A DNA stretch of 52,671 nt from an uncultured bacterium (GTDB lineage: Bacteria > Patescibacteriota > JACMRA01). Position 1 is the stretch's first letter; each line of letters begins with the position of its first letter. The notes below the pieces were generated by a model that worked only from the letters and a program-made list of their open reading frames with translations, was not told the origin of the DNA and did no database searches. This document shows positions 51,109-52,671 of the stretch, piece by piece. The position numbers and the translations under genes are program-made. The stretch covers positions 1 to 52,671 of the forward strand of contig CAWAQU010000001.1 of assembly GCA_963784355.1 (NCBI GenBank), written 5' to 3'.

Positions 51109-52275
51109 TTAGGTGGTTTTTACTTTAGGAGATTCCAAATCGGAAATTTCTTGGGTTATGCGCTGACTAGAAGCCCTACGTAACAATATCTGACCTAAAG
51201 TATTTATAAATATCATAATCACAGGGCCAATAATAAATCCCATAATACCAAAAAAGCCAATTCCGGCAAGTACACTAGTAACTACAAACAACGGATTTCC
51301 GTCATTACCGGACAAAATTATCTTTGGTAAAAATACATAATTGACCCAAATAATCAATAACTCTGCAAATATAGCTAAAACAATAGCGGCTGCAGGATTT
51401 TTGGCAAATATAATAGTTAAAGGTATTGCATACCCAAGTTCGGAAGGACTGGCAGGTAGAAAGCCGATAAAAAATACTATTAAGGAAATAATAAATATAT
51501 TGTCTACGCCAAACACAAGCATGATTAAGAAACTAGCGAGAGTATGTATGATTCCGGACAGTAAATTTGCGTAGATTACATTCCGCACACCAATTTCTAA
51601 ATCTCTAGAAACTTGTTTTTTTTCAGAATTATCAAAAGGGGTTAGAGTAAAAATTGCTCCAAGCCACTTACTTCCAAACACTAGAGCATTAAACCAGGCA
51701 AGGAAAAATAAAATCAAGTAAACAATTTGGTTGAAAATTAAGTTAAGCAGTTGTTGGCCTACATTTACCACCCTATTTAAATTTTGTTCATTTAAAAGAT
51801 CTTTGATATTTCCTCCACCTTGCCCGCCGATAACAGGGCTCAGCGATTTATCAAATTCCGCTACTGCATTTTCTACAATTTCTTTGCTTACTCCATAATT
51901 ACCAACTTTATCTAAAAATCCTTGATTATGAGGTAAGTCTTTCACTGTACCATAGACTTTTTCGGCAAATTTAGGTATCTCACTAACTATTTTACTGGTA
52001 ATCAGATTTAAAAGAGTGAGTGTGATTAGAGTAACAAAGAAAATGGTAACTATCGCTGCTATATTTTTGGCTTTTTTTTCATCAATTTTTTTGCCGAATA
52101 TTTTAGTTAAGTAATTTGAAATCGGATAGGTCAAAGTAGCCAAAATGAAGCCCATCAAAAGTGAAGTTCTAAACTCAAAGTTGAATGCTAAAAAAGTAAA
52201 TACAATTAGGAATATAACTGCCAGATTAAAAGGTTTGAGGATATTATGATTGGAGTCTAATTTCTGTTGGGACAT
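51109..52275 (-). CDS. AI-2E (PerM) family membrane protein
   Basis: LA.LTYP and NYVFLPKI....PLFV..SVLAG..FFGIMGFIIGP motifs. Confidence 0.85.
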   Translation of the reverse strand: MSQQKLDSNHNILKPFNLAVIFLIVFTFLAFNFEFRTSLLMGFILATLTYPISNYLTKIFGKKIDEKKAKNIAAIVTIFFVTLITLTLLNLITSKIVSEIPKFAEKVYGTVKDLPHNQGFLDKVGNYGVSKEIVENAVAEFDKSLSPVIGGQGGGNIKDLLNEQNLNRVVNVGQQLLNLIFNQIVYLILFFLAWFNALVFGSKWLGAIFTLTPFDNSEKKQVSRDLEIGVRNVIYANLLSGIIHTLASFLIMLVFGVDNIFIISLIVFFIGFLPASPSELGYAIPLTIIFAKNPAAAIVLAIFAELLIIWVNYVFLPKIILSGNDGNPLFVVTSVLAGIGFFGIMGFIIGPVIMIFINTLGQILLRRASSQRITQEISDLESPKVKTT

Positions 52276-52278
52276 ATT

Positions 52279-52634
52279 TTATTTTTTAGTTGCATCTAAA
52301 CTTGCTTTTACTATTCCGTCAAACAATGGGTGCGGTTTTCCCGGTCTACTTAGAAATTCAGGGTGACTTTGAGTGGCAATGAAAAATGGATGGACTTGGC
52401 TGTCCAATTCGACTATTTCAACTAAAAAATTGTCTTCTTCTTGATTTTTATAAAATTTACCACTGATTATAAGGCCTTTTTCTTCCAAAGTCGGTACAAA
52501 TTTATTCTGGACTTCCAGTCTATGTCTATGTCTTTCCTGTATTTGCTTATGTTTAAATAGTTTGGAGGCTAATGTATTATCTTTTACATAACAATCATAA
52601 ACCCCCAATCTCATAGTACCGCCTTTTTGTTCTA
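52279..52634 (-). CDS. pyrG: CTP synthase, C-terminal glutaminase part (5'-truncated)
   Basis: KGGTMRLG, ERHRHR.EV and HPFF.ATQSHPEF.SRP..PHPLF motifs. Confidence 0.95.
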
Positions 52635-52671
52635 AGCAATACGATGGAACCAGTAAATAAATAATAACACT
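52635..52671 (-). other. Probable Oxford Nanopore ligation-adapter remnant (technical sequence)
   Basis: Minus strand reads TTTACTGGTTCCATCGTATTGCT, resembling the adapter end TGTACTTCGTTCAGTTACGTATTGCT; PyrG similarity stops here. Confidence 0.7.

Overview
AT-rich bacterial DNA read in genetic code 11. The gene content suggests a monoderm Patescibacteria/CPR-like organism (inference). It is probably a single nanopore read or an unpolished contig: the right end resembles an ONT adapter, and two ordinary genes carry single-base frameshifts. From left to right the window holds: a frameshifted sortase; a tmRNA with a long 28-codon tag; a patchwork accessory region (TPR-HEPN protein, ABC-ATPase/TOPRIM protein, SRPBCC/VOC/DHFR-like small proteins, orphans, DEAH helicase); an IS5-family element inserted in a gene; a glycolysis/lactate cluster (pfk, fba, pgk, D-LDH-like, tpi, divergent gap); a Nudix-APH fusion; an ABC-F ATPase; a 9-kb six-gene surface-protein locus; and sufB, a SpoU methyltransferase, an AI-2E transporter and the 3' end of pyrG. 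The best candidate for a new system is 39651-48679. It pairs WxL-like secreted beta-proteins with membrane-anchored DUF916-like proteins and ends in a beta-propeller adhesin, arranged like an usher-less, donor-strand-complemented pilus. Also notable are a cloverleaf-shaped 5' leader RNA, an orphan promoter-terminator unit, many apparently leaderless genes, and a PGK with altered substrate-binding residues. All family calls come from motif recognition by eye, not database searches.
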